This document shows, one piece after another, positions 9,535 through 19,074 of a stretch of 61,106 bases of DNA. The DNA is from a virus. Its lineage: Duplodnaviria; Caudoviricetes. The notes beneath the pieces are model-generated. The model was not told the origin of the DNA. It searched no databases and worked only from the letters and a program-made list of their open reading frames with translations. Position numbers and translations under genes: made by a program. Position 1 is the stretch's first letter. Each line of letters starts with the position of its first letter. The DNA lies in IMG/VR virus record IMGVR_UViG_3300021335_000016, positions 1 through 61,106 of that record. One strand, given 5' to 3'.

Positions 9535-10452
9535 CTATTCAGATTTGGGAATGGCGACAGTCTTAGTATAAGAGAGTTTTGGATTAACTTCATTTGTGAA
9601 ACCAGAAAGGTCCATTCTAACTTTTTCAATATTGTGCTTGTGAATTAATTCATCAGACAATTCTTCTACAAACTCATACAATTCCGCAACACCCCAAGAA
9701 CTTTTTTCTCTCTCATGTTGCACATATTCTCTAAGAATTTTTTCAGTTTTAGATGGATTTACTCCAATATTTTCCAAATATTCCTGTTCACCCTTTGTGA
9801 TACTTCCATATTGTCTAACGTCTCTAATACACTGAACCAAAGACCTTTGTAGGTGATTTTTTGTTTCTTCTTTTTCAAAATCTTCTTCTGAGAAAGAATT
9901 AACTTTAGATTTAAGTTGCTCATAAAGTTCATTAAGAGCTAAAACATCTTTCATTGCACCTTCAATCATTAACATATGTTGTGATAAACCTTCCTTTAGT
10001 TCAGCAAGTTCAATCTTACTCTCTACTTCTTCCCAATATTCAATATCAGGGTTGGAAAGTTTTTCTTCCAACTTTTTAATTTCTGCTTCTCTTCTGACAT
10101 AACTCCATTTTGCGGAATTTAATGAAGATTTGAGTCCAGAGATTTCTGCTGCAATTTGTTTCATATTTTTATAAGGAGAGTGGAAATTGAGATTGAGATG
10201 TCTCCAAGTCCATTGAGAATGACTATGATTCCATATGTTGTTCAATTCACTAACATTATTTAAAGCTTCATCCACTTTCATAGTGTTTTCTAATAGACTC
10301 TTATCACCAAAACTTTCAATATTACCTAAAGTTCCATGACCAAAAACCATAGACAACGGAATATTCAATTCTTCTTTAGAAGCGATTTGTGTGTTTTTTC
10401 TAATCTCTTCATAAATGGCAATTTCATTTTCATTTTTATTTTCTGTAGACAT
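9535..10452 (-). CDS. Hypothetical helical/coiled-coil protein following the repeat adhesin
   Basis: 305 aa, Glu/Lys-rich heptad-like segments. No catalytic motif recognised. Confidence 0.6.
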   Translation of the reverse strand: MSTENKNENEIAIYEEIRKNTQIASKEELNIPLSMVFGHGTLGNIESFGDKSLLENTMKVDEALNNVSELNNIWNHSHSQWTWRHLNLNFHSPYKNMKQIAAEISGLKSSLNSAKWSYVRREAEIKKLEEKLSNPDIEYWEEVESKIELAELKEGLSQHMLMIEGAMKDVLALNELYEQLKSKVNSFSEEDFEKEETKNHLQRSLVQCIRDVRQYGSITKGEQEYLENIGVNPSKTEKILREYVQHEREKSSWGVAELYEFVEELSDELIHKHNIEKVRMDLSGFTNEVNPKLSYTKTVAIPKSE

Positions 10453-10470
10453 TATATTATATTATCCTTA

Positions 10471-12711
10471 TTAAACTGATATGTGTTGCGCACCATTCTC
10501 GGTAGGAGACAAAAGACCGCTTAGATTACTAGCAGCCGTTTCGCTTGCAAAAGGGAATCTACGAATAGTAGTTACGCGTGTAGGACCGCCTTGGGGAGTT
10601 GGTCGACCGAGAAATCCACCATATATGTACCCATCTGTTGTGCTTGAAATTCCTGACCAATGGCGATACCCAGTCATGTTCGGCATATTTAAATATGCAG
10701 GGGATAGGGCGGTTCTAGTGCCATTGGCAAATGAAAATTTTTCACCTTCGACGTTGACCTGGTCAGTAAACCCATATCCATGAGTATCAGATTGTACATT
10801 GGCAACCGGTACAAGCCATTGGTCACCGGGGTTAGTGCTGAACAAAACACCAGTTCCAGTTGCAAATGGAAATTTTATAATAGGTCTCACACTGTTTGGG
10901 TGAGGGGATGGATCATCTTGAAACCAAACGTATCCATTTGATTCATCTCCATTTGATCCAAAGGCTCGAGATGGCGTAATCCCAAGACCTGAAGGAAATG
11001 AAGTGAAATCCGATACATTATTATCTGCCGCAAAGGGAAATTTAGTAGCAAAACCATTATGAATAGCATGAGCATGAGTATGAGATGAAATCCCTGCGGA
11101 ATATAACTGCCAGCTATTATAATCGTTGAATAGATGTTGAGGCTGCGGCAAAGGAATCCGAGTGCTATAGGACAAATCATTAGTAGAATAATAAGAATAT
11201 TCTGAAGAAAACGGAAATTGTATAGAACTAGTCTTCAAACTCGTCGCCAAAGGGTTTGGGAGAGGGATGGAACCGGGACCATTGCCTAGTAAATATCCAT
11301 GATGTAATGATGCTGCACCCGCTCTTGTGCTGTAGTGGTTATTATTAAAAACTTCTGCACGTCTTCTGCCCTGAGTAGTAAAATCAATTTTGTTCAAATC
11401 GCCGGTGTTGACATCGCTAGTCGCATATCCATAAAAATTGCCCTGCATTGGTTTTCTACTTGATACCTTATAGACGAATTTATTTGAAACATTACTCCAA
11501 ACTTCATTTGAAACGGTTTGACCAATAGGAATTTGAGATGCATTTTGTCCATAGGTAGATGGTGCTGCACCTACCTCACCAAGTCCAGCAGATTTTCTTG
11601 TTTTAAATCTAATCCTAGAAGATTTATTTCTAACTTGTAGAGTGGGATCATTAGGGTCTGTTGAAAATTCACCTGTGTTATTAGCAAGTTTTATACCCTT
11701 AAGTCCTTTAAAAAATTTAAATTCTCCACTTAACTGCCCCCATGATACGTTGTTTGGGTAATTGTCAAAAGGTTCCGTTGGAGTACGGTCTCCAATGGTG
11801 TTACCTTGGCCGTCAGATTCAACAAGAGCATCTGTTGTATGAATAAGATATGGAGGTGGTTCAATAATTGTTGCAAATTTAGCTGTTGGGTCTCTATCCG
11901 GATGATATCTCATTCCAGTGTAAGTAATGTCATTACCATAAAAAGGTGATATATCATTATATGAAAAACTATCTAATAATGTCATATAATATTCATTACC
12001 AAATTCGTCTCTATACAATTGAGCCCCGGGGTCACCTGAATTTGCAGAGTCTAGTATCTGGATACTGTGAATTTCATCAGAATCGGCTCCTGCGCCAACT
12101 CCAAAAAATCTTAAAAGAGCTTTAGTATCTTCATCTACCGTGTTCAGATTTAATCTGATATTACCTTTTGCTAAAAGAGGAATAGAAGGAGATGTAGTGA
12201 AAAAAGTATATGCTTCATTGACAGGATCGTCAATCCCTCTTTCAGTATTCCCTGGAGAAAGTACAGCTAGACCAGAATCTATGAGAGAATTCCAAAATTG
12301 CCCCTTTGCATAAAATTTGTAATTTGAAGATAGGTAATCGCTGGTATTACTCGCATTGGCAGGGATGCTGCCAGTGGGACTATACGTCTCAAAGTAAGAA
12401 AAGTCGATTGGTCCAGCATCATCCGTTTCCCAATTCATATAAGTTTCACGGTTAATAATCGCTGATCCTAAAACACCGCCAGATGTTAATCCACCACCAC
12501 CAGATACAATCTCACTTTGATTAGCAATAGCATCTGGACTAATAGTTCCATCTGCAATATTTCCTCCTGGAAAATTATCAACAGTTTTCACTAGATCAGA
12601 GTCAATGTCTCTCAGATAAGCCTCAGTAGAATCATCTAAAGATTCTACTGTAACAGAGTTTGCAGTAATCAGAGTTTTCTTATGAAGAAAATTATTATTA
12701 TTTCTTGCCAT
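10471..12711 (-). CDS. Putative fibre-tip protein with C-terminal Kelch/beta-propeller-like repeats
   Basis: Recurrent (H/D/N)GY...F(P/S)FA blades (QFPFSS, KFPFAA, KFPFAT, KFSFAN, RFPFAS) with Pro-rich loops. Late promoter upstream. Confidence 0.6.
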   Translation of the reverse strand: MARNNNNFLHKKTLITANSVTVESLDDSTEAYLRDIDSDLVKTVDNFPGGNIADGTISPDAIANQSEIVSGGGGLTSGGVLGSAIINRETYMNWETDDAGPIDFSYFETYSPTGSIPANASNTSDYLSSNYKFYAKGQFWNSLIDSGLAVLSPGNTERGIDDPVNEAYTFFTTSPSIPLLAKGNIRLNLNTVDEDTKALLRFFGVGAGADSDEIHSIQILDSANSGDPGAQLYRDEFGNEYYMTLLDSFSYNDISPFYGNDITYTGMRYHPDRDPTAKFATIIEPPPYLIHTTDALVESDGQGNTIGDRTPTEPFDNYPNNVSWGQLSGEFKFFKGLKGIKLANNTGEFSTDPNDPTLQVRNKSSRIRFKTRKSAGLGEVGAAPSTYGQNASQIPIGQTVSNEVWSNVSNKFVYKVSSRKPMQGNFYGYATSDVNTGDLNKIDFTTQGRRRAEVFNNNHYSTRAGAASLHHGYLLGNGPGSIPLPNPLATSLKTSSIQFPFSSEYSYYSTNDLSYSTRIPLPQPQHLFNDYNSWQLYSAGISSHTHAHAIHNGFATKFPFAADNNVSDFTSFPSGLGITPSRAFGSNGDESNGYVWFQDDPSPHPNSVRPIIKFPFATGTGVLFSTNPGDQWLVPVANVQSDTHGYGFTDQVNVEGEKFSFANGTRTALSPAYLNMPNMTGYRHWSGISSTTDGYIYGGFLGRPTPQGGPTRVTTIRRFPFASETAASNLSGLLSPTENGAQHISV

Positions 12712-12750
12712 CTATTAACTTTTCCAATGGTGATAGTTCTGTCATTTATA

Positions 12751-12758
12751 TATTTATA
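12751..12758 (-). promoter_or_regulatory. T4 late promoter TATAAATA
   Basis: Exact match 40 nt upstream of the start at 12711. Confidence 0.75.
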
Positions 12759-12767
12759 AGAAAATCA

Positions 12768-14084
12768 TCATCTAAAAGGTTTCGGTCCATGAACCCAAAT
12801 AACCAACGCCCAGCGTTCTCCAGACTCAATAGGAGTTACACAGTGCGGCATATAACTTGGGAACATAGAAAGTGAACCTTGATCACGAATCGCTTTTATT
12901 TGTCTATGATGATCTTGTACTAAAAGATCACACCCTTTGTAATCATTAGAGTCTGACAACTGCACAGTAAACGAAATCTTACGAGTTGCAGAATATCCGG
13001 GCCCAGCATCTACATGCCAATCATAATGACCTGGAATCTTTTCATCAGAACGATAATGAATCAATTGCAACCCATGAGTGATAGTATTTACATCATAATG
13101 AAAATGGTCTCTATTTGCTAAATGCACTGCATTACATACTTTTTGAAATAACCAACTCGTATTTTCATTTGGATTTAACTCATAAACATCTGCTGATCTA
13201 GTTTTCCTGTCTAAAGTTTGCACACCAATTTTAGCTGATGATGGATACAAATTTTCTGCAAATGCAATAATCTTATCACACTCTTCTTTAGTAAAGACAA
13301 TCTCTGGTGCATTTTTTTGATTGTAACCGATATAACCGGCAAATTGCTTATCGTCTTGTGACTTTGGTAAGAGAACGGCTCCAAACATTGGATCATCAAT
13401 TTCATATTGATTATGAACATTTTCTTTCTTTGGGAGATTAATATTCCCATAGTCCGGGTCTACAGCATCATCCCGTAAGTTGCTATCACTTTTATTCTTA
13501 CCAAACTCTTTGCGACCATCCATAGCATGATCTTTATGAGGACCATTCGCATCTACATAATGCAAGAATACTTGTGCTTGCCACTTACCTTTAAACTTTG
13601 TTCTCCAGTGTTCAACTTCACAACCTTTATACATTGCAAGTTCACCAGCCTTAAGGTCAACTGGAATTTCCTTATGCTCATCAAAATAGATTGGCCAGAC
13701 TGGTGTGCTTTCATCATACCCCAAAGTAAGAGTAGCAGAAATTTCACAAGAAGGTCTATCTTTATGTCTTGTTAAAACTTCTCCTGGCTTATACAGTCTG
13801 GCATAACTGTAGGTAGGTAAGAGTTTTTTACCTACATGTTCACCTAGACCTTCTGCCATTTGAACTAAGAGGTCATCAAATACAGGGTCACCATAGATAG
13901 CACCAGAAAGGTCACACTGACCATCTGCTTTAAGTTTACCTTCTTTCTCAAGGTTAAACAAATGCTGAGTGAGTTGTTCACACTGGTTTTCATTTAAAAC
14001 ATCTGATAGAACAACATAACCATTTTCTTCAAATGCTTGTTTTGTCTTTTTATGATGTTCTTTAAGTTCACTCTCAGAAAACAT
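12768..14084 (-). CDS. Tandem two-domain 2OG-Fe(II) oxygenase (prolyl-hydroxylase-like)
   Basis: Domain 1: YARLY..GEVLTRHKDRPSCEIS...EHWR...QVFLHY. Domain 2: YDWHVD..RKISFTVQLS...FPSYMPHCVTP..SGERWALV. Both HxD...H triads are intact. Confidence 0.9.
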   Translation of the reverse strand: MFSESELKEHHKKTKQAFEENGYVVLSDVLNENQCEQLTQHLFNLEKEGKLKADGQCDLSGAIYGDPVFDDLLVQMAEGLGEHVGKKLLPTYSYARLYKPGEVLTRHKDRPSCEISATLTLGYDESTPVWPIYFDEHKEIPVDLKAGELAMYKGCEVEHWRTKFKGKWQAQVFLHYVDANGPHKDHAMDGRKEFGKNKSDSNLRDDAVDPDYGNINLPKKENVHNQYEIDDPMFGAVLLPKSQDDKQFAGYIGYNQKNAPEIVFTKEECDKIIAFAENLYPSSAKIGVQTLDRKTRSADVYELNPNENTSWLFQKVCNAVHLANRDHFHYDVNTITHGLQLIHYRSDEKIPGHYDWHVDAGPGYSATRKISFTVQLSDSNDYKGCDLLVQDHHRQIKAIRDQGSLSMFPSYMPHCVTPIESGERWALVIWVHGPKPFR

Positions 14085-14128
14085 ATATTTTAATCCTCAT
14101 AATAATTGTTATCATCTAACATGGTTAT

Positions 14129-15436
14129 TTATTTAGTTTCTAATTCTTCAACTTTTTTCTTCAAAGTCTCTACAGTTTCAGTCAGTTCTTGAATAGCCTT
14201 AGTAAGAACAGGAATAACAGTTTCAGGTTTCAACATCATTGTATTTATTTCATCATCTTCAGTATATACTGACTGAGGAATTACTTCTGAAATCTCTTGT
14301 GCAATAAAACCCAATTGTTGCCCCTCATGGTATTTACTTATAGGGTCTTTAAAGTCAAAACTTACAGGATTAAGTTGATTGACAAGAGAAATAGCATCAC
14401 TCTGAATAGACTCAATATTTTCTTTCAGTCTCTCATCAGAAGGAATACCACTATAGATGATAGGTCCACCATGAACTTCTTCACCCGGATTATTTGGGTA
14501 AGGATAAGTCGTAATGACTGTATCTTGTGGAGCCTGAACAAGAACATCAATCGTATTTGCATCTAATGCATAGTAAAGTGGTTGGAACACAGTAGGAGCA
14601 GAGTCTGGATCGTTTGTTGCAGTTCCAGCAGTAGAGGACAAGAAATAATAATTGTTTGCAGACAATCCACCTGATACTGTAAAAATACCAGTAGAAGCAA
14701 TCTTTACATCAGTAGCCGTTTTATCAACGATAATGTGAGTTGCAGTAAATTCACCACTTGAATCGTTATATGCACCTTCCCATTTACTTGAAGTTGTATC
14801 GTAATAGATTGCCTTACCTTCACCATTGGTAAGCACACCTGTTCCAAAAAGACTAGAATCTACAGAGAAGTTCGGGCTTGTTAATGCAGTCAAGTCAGCA
14901 GCAGTTGCAACAGAAATGCCATTAACCTGTAAAGTGCCACTAGATGGATTGAAAGTTAATTTAGAACTAGATACCTTTACTCCATCATATCCAGTAGTTG
15001 CATCTCCAAAATGAACATAGTGAGTAGAGTTGGTTGAAGTATCATTAGTAATATCAACATTATCAGCATTAGTAGCAGTACCATTAACAATTGCAATATC
15101 AGCAGAGTCTGCTCTCAAAGTGCCATCTACATAAACATTAAATCCACGAGAACTATCTGTACCAATTGATACATTTCCTGCAAACTCTGCAAGACGAATT
15201 TCACCATCATCATCTACTTCAATAGATGGGATACCTGAAATATCATTTACAGAAAAGATTGTGCCAGAAAATGTATCTGTAAGAGAGAATAACTGACCAG
15301 CATCACCACTAAAAGATAGTGTGTCTGTTCCCAGCATTTCTACAGTGATTTCATTTAAAGATTCGTTGGAATCCTTGAATGAAACATTTGGTGTTTGTAG
15401 TCCATTTTTGACTATAAACCTTTTATCGTTCGCCAT
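14129..15436 (-). CDS. Tail fibre protein with C-terminal intramolecular chaperone (peptidase S74)
   Basis: SDERLKENI...LNPVSFDF...GFIAQE...LTKAIQEL plus coiled coil; N-terminal FIVKNGL and FSVNDISGIPSIEV. Confidence 0.85.
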   Translation of the reverse strand: MANDKRFIVKNGLQTPNVSFKDSNESLNEITVEMLGTDTLSFSGDAGQLFSLTDTFSGTIFSVNDISGIPSIEVDDDGEIRLAEFAGNVSIGTDSSRGFNVYVDGTLRADSADIAIVNGTATNADNVDITNDTSTNSTHYVHFGDATTGYDGVKVSSSKLTFNPSSGTLQVNGISVATAADLTALTSPNFSVDSSLFGTGVLTNGEGKAIYYDTTSSKWEGAYNDSSGEFTATHIIVDKTATDVKIASTGIFTVSGGLSANNYYFLSSTAGTATNDPDSAPTVFQPLYYALDANTIDVLVQAPQDTVITTYPYPNNPGEEVHGGPIIYSGIPSDERLKENIESIQSDAISLVNQLNPVSFDFKDPISKYHEGQQLGFIAQEISEVIPQSVYTEDDEINTMMLKPETVIPVLTKAIQELTETVETLKKKVEELETK

Positions 15437-15467
15437 CGGTTCACTTTCCCCTGATTAGCTTTTTAAG

Positions 15468-15475
15468 TATTTATA
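15468..15475 (-). promoter_or_regulatory. T4 late promoter TATAAATA
   Basis: Exact match overlapping the upstream stop codon, 32 nt before the start at 15436. Confidence 0.75.
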
Positions 15476-16664
15476 TACCAAACCTTCCTCTAGTAGCATT
15501 AAAGTTTTGTTTGATTTCTGCTGCTGTTAATGCTTTGTCGTAAATTTTTGTAACTGGTACCATCCCATTTAATCTTCTAATATTAGAAGCATTAGCTATA
15601 CCGATATACCTGACTCTTAACCCACTATATGAAGGGTTCCATGAATAGGTAGTGTGATTACCACCTTCAGCTACCCCATTCAAATACATTTGATATGAAG
15701 TACCCGATGGATCTGAAACTAAAACAGCGTTATACCATGTGTTTGCTTGTAATGTAGTACTGCCATATTTCCATGTTCCCGGTGATATATTCCATAATGC
15801 TAACTTGCCATTGAACACGCTCCAATACCAACTATTATATGAAACGCTGTCTGATCCTATAAAGTTACCAGGTGAATTTATATTATCGTATCCACCAGGG
15901 ACTGCATCATATTTTATCCAGGTTTCAACAGTCCAACCACCTGATGTTTTAATTATTTTATCTGACCCTAAATCTAAATAATCAGGATTAGAACTATTAA
16001 GCCTAAAAGTCCCGTCACTGTTGTATGTCAAACTTGTAGCAGTAATAGTATTTTTACTCTTGGACATATCTAAAAGTGCTTGTGTGTTTGATCTAGTGCC
16101 ATTTACAAATGGTGTAGCAAATGAACCCTCTTCCATTTGAGGCGCACATAACCAACATCTTTGTCCTGCTGGAATATTTGAAAACAGAAAACTTAGACTG
16201 TCTGATTCAGTATTTGATGGTGTTGTAATAGAATCAAATTCCAGTCTGTGCCATTTTCCATCTCCGGGAACAGTTAATATATTAGTATATTGTCTACCTA
16301 CTTCTGAGTTATCAGCAGTATATGCTCTAATACTCCAATCTGAACCTATAGTTCTTGCGTAAACAGAAATAGTATATGTAGTGCTTGGCTGCTGTGGTGC
16401 ATAGTCACCATAAGAATACCAATATCCTGATCCGTTACCATCAGCATCTATAAAAGATACAACTTGAGAATTAACTCCTTGTGGTGGTATATAGTCGTTC
16501 CATTGAATAGAGGTATTGTATCCTTGAGACCATCCAGTATCAAGATCAGTTATAGTTATAATATTAGTAGTCGGTTTGCCCTTAAACGACTTAGCAGCAT
16601 TATCCATGTCATAGGCAAATACCAATCCATCATTAACAATATATGGTCCAGAATGCGATCCCAT
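15471..16664 (-). CDS. LamG/concanavalin-A-like lectin domain protein with an inserted carbohydrate-binding-like domain
   Basis: GPYIVNDGLVFAYD start; WTVETWI, TWYNAV, MYLNG, KIYDKALTAAEIKQNFNA; insert ends APQMEEGSFATPFV. Confidence 0.8.
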   Translation of the reverse strand: MGSHSGPYIVNDGLVFAYDMDNAAKSFKGKPTTNIITITDLDTGWSQGYNTSIQWNDYIPPQGVNSQVVSFIDADGNGSGYWYSYGDYAPQQPSTTYTISVYARTIGSDWSIRAYTADNSEVGRQYTNILTVPGDGKWHRLEFDSITTPSNTESDSLSFLFSNIPAGQRCWLCAPQMEEGSFATPFVNGTRSNTQALLDMSKSKNTITATSLTYNSDGTFRLNSSNPDYLDLGSDKIIKTSGGWTVETWIKYDAVPGGYDNINSPGNFIGSDSVSYNSWYWSVFNGKLALWNISPGTWKYGSTTLQANTWYNAVLVSDPSGTSYQMYLNGVAEGGNHTTYSWNPSYSGLRVRYIGIANASNIRRLNGMVPVTKIYDKALTAAEIKQNFNATRGRFGI

Positions 16665-16713
16665 TAGATTCCAAACCTTCCTCTAGTAGCATTAAAGTTT
16701 TGTTTGATTTCTG
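15478..16713. repeat. 43-bp identical direct repeat (15478-15520 and 16671-16713) at the 3' ends of both LamG genes
   Basis: ccaaaccttcctctagtagcattaaagttttgtttgatttctg occurs at both positions, 1193 bp apart. Confidence 0.92.
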
Positions 16714-19069
16714 TTGCCGTTAGTGCCTTTTCATATACATGACATAATGCTATCTTTCCCTCAAAAGGATAATTAGTAGGGGCATCACTGCGCCATCCTC
16801 CTAACATAAATGTTCTATTAGTAGGGGTAGATTGTGCGCCAGCATATGTTGCAGATGCTTCTAATTCACCATTAACATAGATTAATGCTGTTGTATCCAC
16901 ACCATCATAATCGTGAACAAAATCAAATTTATACCAAGTATTGTCAGAAAAAGTAGAAGTAGTAAGTAAATTTTTCTGACCATTTATATTCATAGAAAAA
17001 AAAATTCTATTATCACTATAAAAAGAAAAGTATGGTAAATATATTCCACCCATCATATTGTAGGTATTATTACTTTGTGTGCGATTAGCCCAAAAACTAT
17101 AAGTAGCATTTGGTGTTATAGTATTTCTGTTAGTAGAGATGTAATCTGAAGTTCCGTTAAATTTAAACGTACCAGATGTATCATCATCCCAATAAGAACC
17201 ATTAAGACCTATACTATTTTTTTTGACTAAATCCCAATTTCTTCCAGCACCAGCTAAAAGTTGTTTTATTGATGGTTCTGTTCCGTCACATACATCTACT
17301 CTTGGCGCCCACCATTGCTGAATTTCATTGGTAGTAGTGGAATAAAATTGATAAGATCGGTGCTGTGCTTGAGTGGTGCCTGTGTTCCACACAACATCTT
17401 TGGCACCACTATAACTGATTTTTTTACTACCATCAGTTTCATAGATTCCAGAATCAGGATGATCACTACCAGTTCCTGAACCTTCTGGAAAAACATGACC
17501 TACTACTAAAATCCATTCATCCACACTGGTTGTAGGATTCATATCACTATTATCAAATCTAGGAGTTGCAAAATAGTGGTTTGTACTGGTAGTGCCATTA
17601 CTTCTTCTTATAACACCAATATTTGTGCTTGAACTATTAAACCCACGAATCCCAAGATAAAATCTACCGTTACCTACTGTGGTCTTTTTTCTAACCCATA
17701 CACTAAACCTATAAGTCTTAGAAGGATCAACATTAAAAAGGGACGTGTTCCACCCACCATCAGCGTCAGAAGTAGCATCGTTACTAGGTGATTGCCATAC
17801 AATATCTGTATCACCAAATGGGTTAGTATCTACAACTCTTTCATTCTCAGAAGTAGATCCATTCTGAGCATAAAATGTCTCTGACCCTGTACCTACTGTC
17901 CAAGGGTAAGGTGACAATAAATTGGATATATTAAAATTGGTTTTCTGACTGTTGTTTGCATCTAATGCAAGAGCAAGTTCTTCTGTTACTATACGTGTTC
18001 CTAAATCCACATGTTTCACATTTTTTTGACTCCACATACTCAATATTGTTTCATCACTAGCATCACTTTCGTAAACTGCACAGAATGGCGTATCACTTGT
18101 AAGGATAGCTCCTTGAGGTATACTACCTGTTTGATAATATTGATAGATACCATTTGATCCTGCTAGTGTTCTGTCTGTTCCATTTACATTTACAACTGCT
18201 GGTTGATTACTAACTAGTTTAATAAAATCATTTTGAGATCCAGGTATTGCTGCATGAGTTCCAAATGCTTCAGGTGAAACAAAAGGAGTTGCTTCTCCAC
18301 CATCACCATCCCCTTTAGAAAATGCATATATCGGTTTGTCTGCAACCAATCTTACACTGCTACCAGCAAATTGACTGCCGCCACCCGTTAATGATGTATT
18401 ACCTCCCCGGTTTACTGTAAATGTGCGTTCACCACCTGCACTGGTATATTCTGTTATACTGGTATTGTCTTCTAGTGCTATAACATCTCCACTGCCACTG
18501 GCAGTTCCGTATAATTCGTATGGACCTTCATCTTTATAATCACAAGGATAAAGTGGCATAACATCACTAGTAGGAAACTGACCTATTATACATGAAAATC
18601 GTACACCATTATCGCTTTCAAAAATATAGTTACCTGTCGTTGTACCGACATTATAACTTCCCCATTCACCATCCAAACTAACTGATGTTATGTTCGTGCC
18701 ATTTCTAGAAATATTGATTGTAAGTCTTTCTCTTGGGCTAAATAAATTCCAAAAATACAATGTTGCATCATATCTTTCTAATCTATGAGCAAAACGAGTA
18801 CCGTGCCATGCTGAATACATTGCAGTATTTCCACTGCCACTTTCAGTCATACTTACATATTTGTTACTGGTGATAATATCCCCGGCATTAAGCGATAGTG
18901 AAGAGTTTCCTCCTGCGCTTATAGTGGCAAGACTTACGCCATTACGATAAATTATAGTATTATCTTCAAATGCAACAAATTTATAGGTAGCTGTTCTTAC
19001 AACTCGCCAAGCATTATTACCTTGAGTTCGTCTATAAGGGTTAGTTTTCTTTGGTCCGAATGTCATCAT
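16664..19069 (-). CDS. Multi-domain LamG lectin-like protein with N-terminal IgGFc-binding-like repeats
   Basis: VAFEDNT/IALEDNT, ITSNKYV, VADKPI, TSDTPF repeats; RIVTEELALALDA; C-terminal IYVNG...VYEKALTATEIKQNFNA. Confidence 0.75.
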   Translation of the reverse strand: MMTFGPKKTNPYRRTQGNNAWRVVRTATYKFVAFEDNTIIYRNGVSLATISAGGNSSLSLNAGDIITSNKYVSMTESGSGNTAMYSAWHGTRFAHRLERYDATLYFWNLFSPRERLTINISRNGTNITSVSLDGEWGSYNVGTTTGNYIFESDNGVRFSCIIGQFPTSDVMPLYPCDYKDEGPYELYGTASGSGDVIALEDNTSITEYTSAGGERTFTVNRGGNTSLTGGGSQFAGSSVRLVADKPIYAFSKGDGDGGEATPFVSPEAFGTHAAIPGSQNDFIKLVSNQPAVVNVNGTDRTLAGSNGIYQYYQTGSIPQGAILTSDTPFCAVYESDASDETILSMWSQKNVKHVDLGTRIVTEELALALDANNSQKTNFNISNLLSPYPWTVGTGSETFYAQNGSTSENERVVDTNPFGDTDIVWQSPSNDATSDADGGWNTSLFNVDPSKTYRFSVWVRKKTTVGNGRFYLGIRGFNSSSTNIGVIRRSNGTTSTNHYFATPRFDNSDMNPTTSVDEWILVVGHVFPEGSGTGSDHPDSGIYETDGSKKISYSGAKDVVWNTGTTQAQHRSYQFYSTTTNEIQQWWAPRVDVCDGTEPSIKQLLAGAGRNWDLVKKNSIGLNGSYWDDDTSGTFKFNGTSDYISTNRNTITPNATYSFWANRTQSNNTYNMMGGIYLPYFSFYSDNRIFFSMNINGQKNLLTTSTFSDNTWYKFDFVHDYDGVDTTALIYVNGELEASATYAGAQSTPTNRTFMLGGWRSDAPTNYPFEGKIALCHVYEKALTATEIKQNFNATRGRFGI

Positions 19070-19074
19070 TTTTC

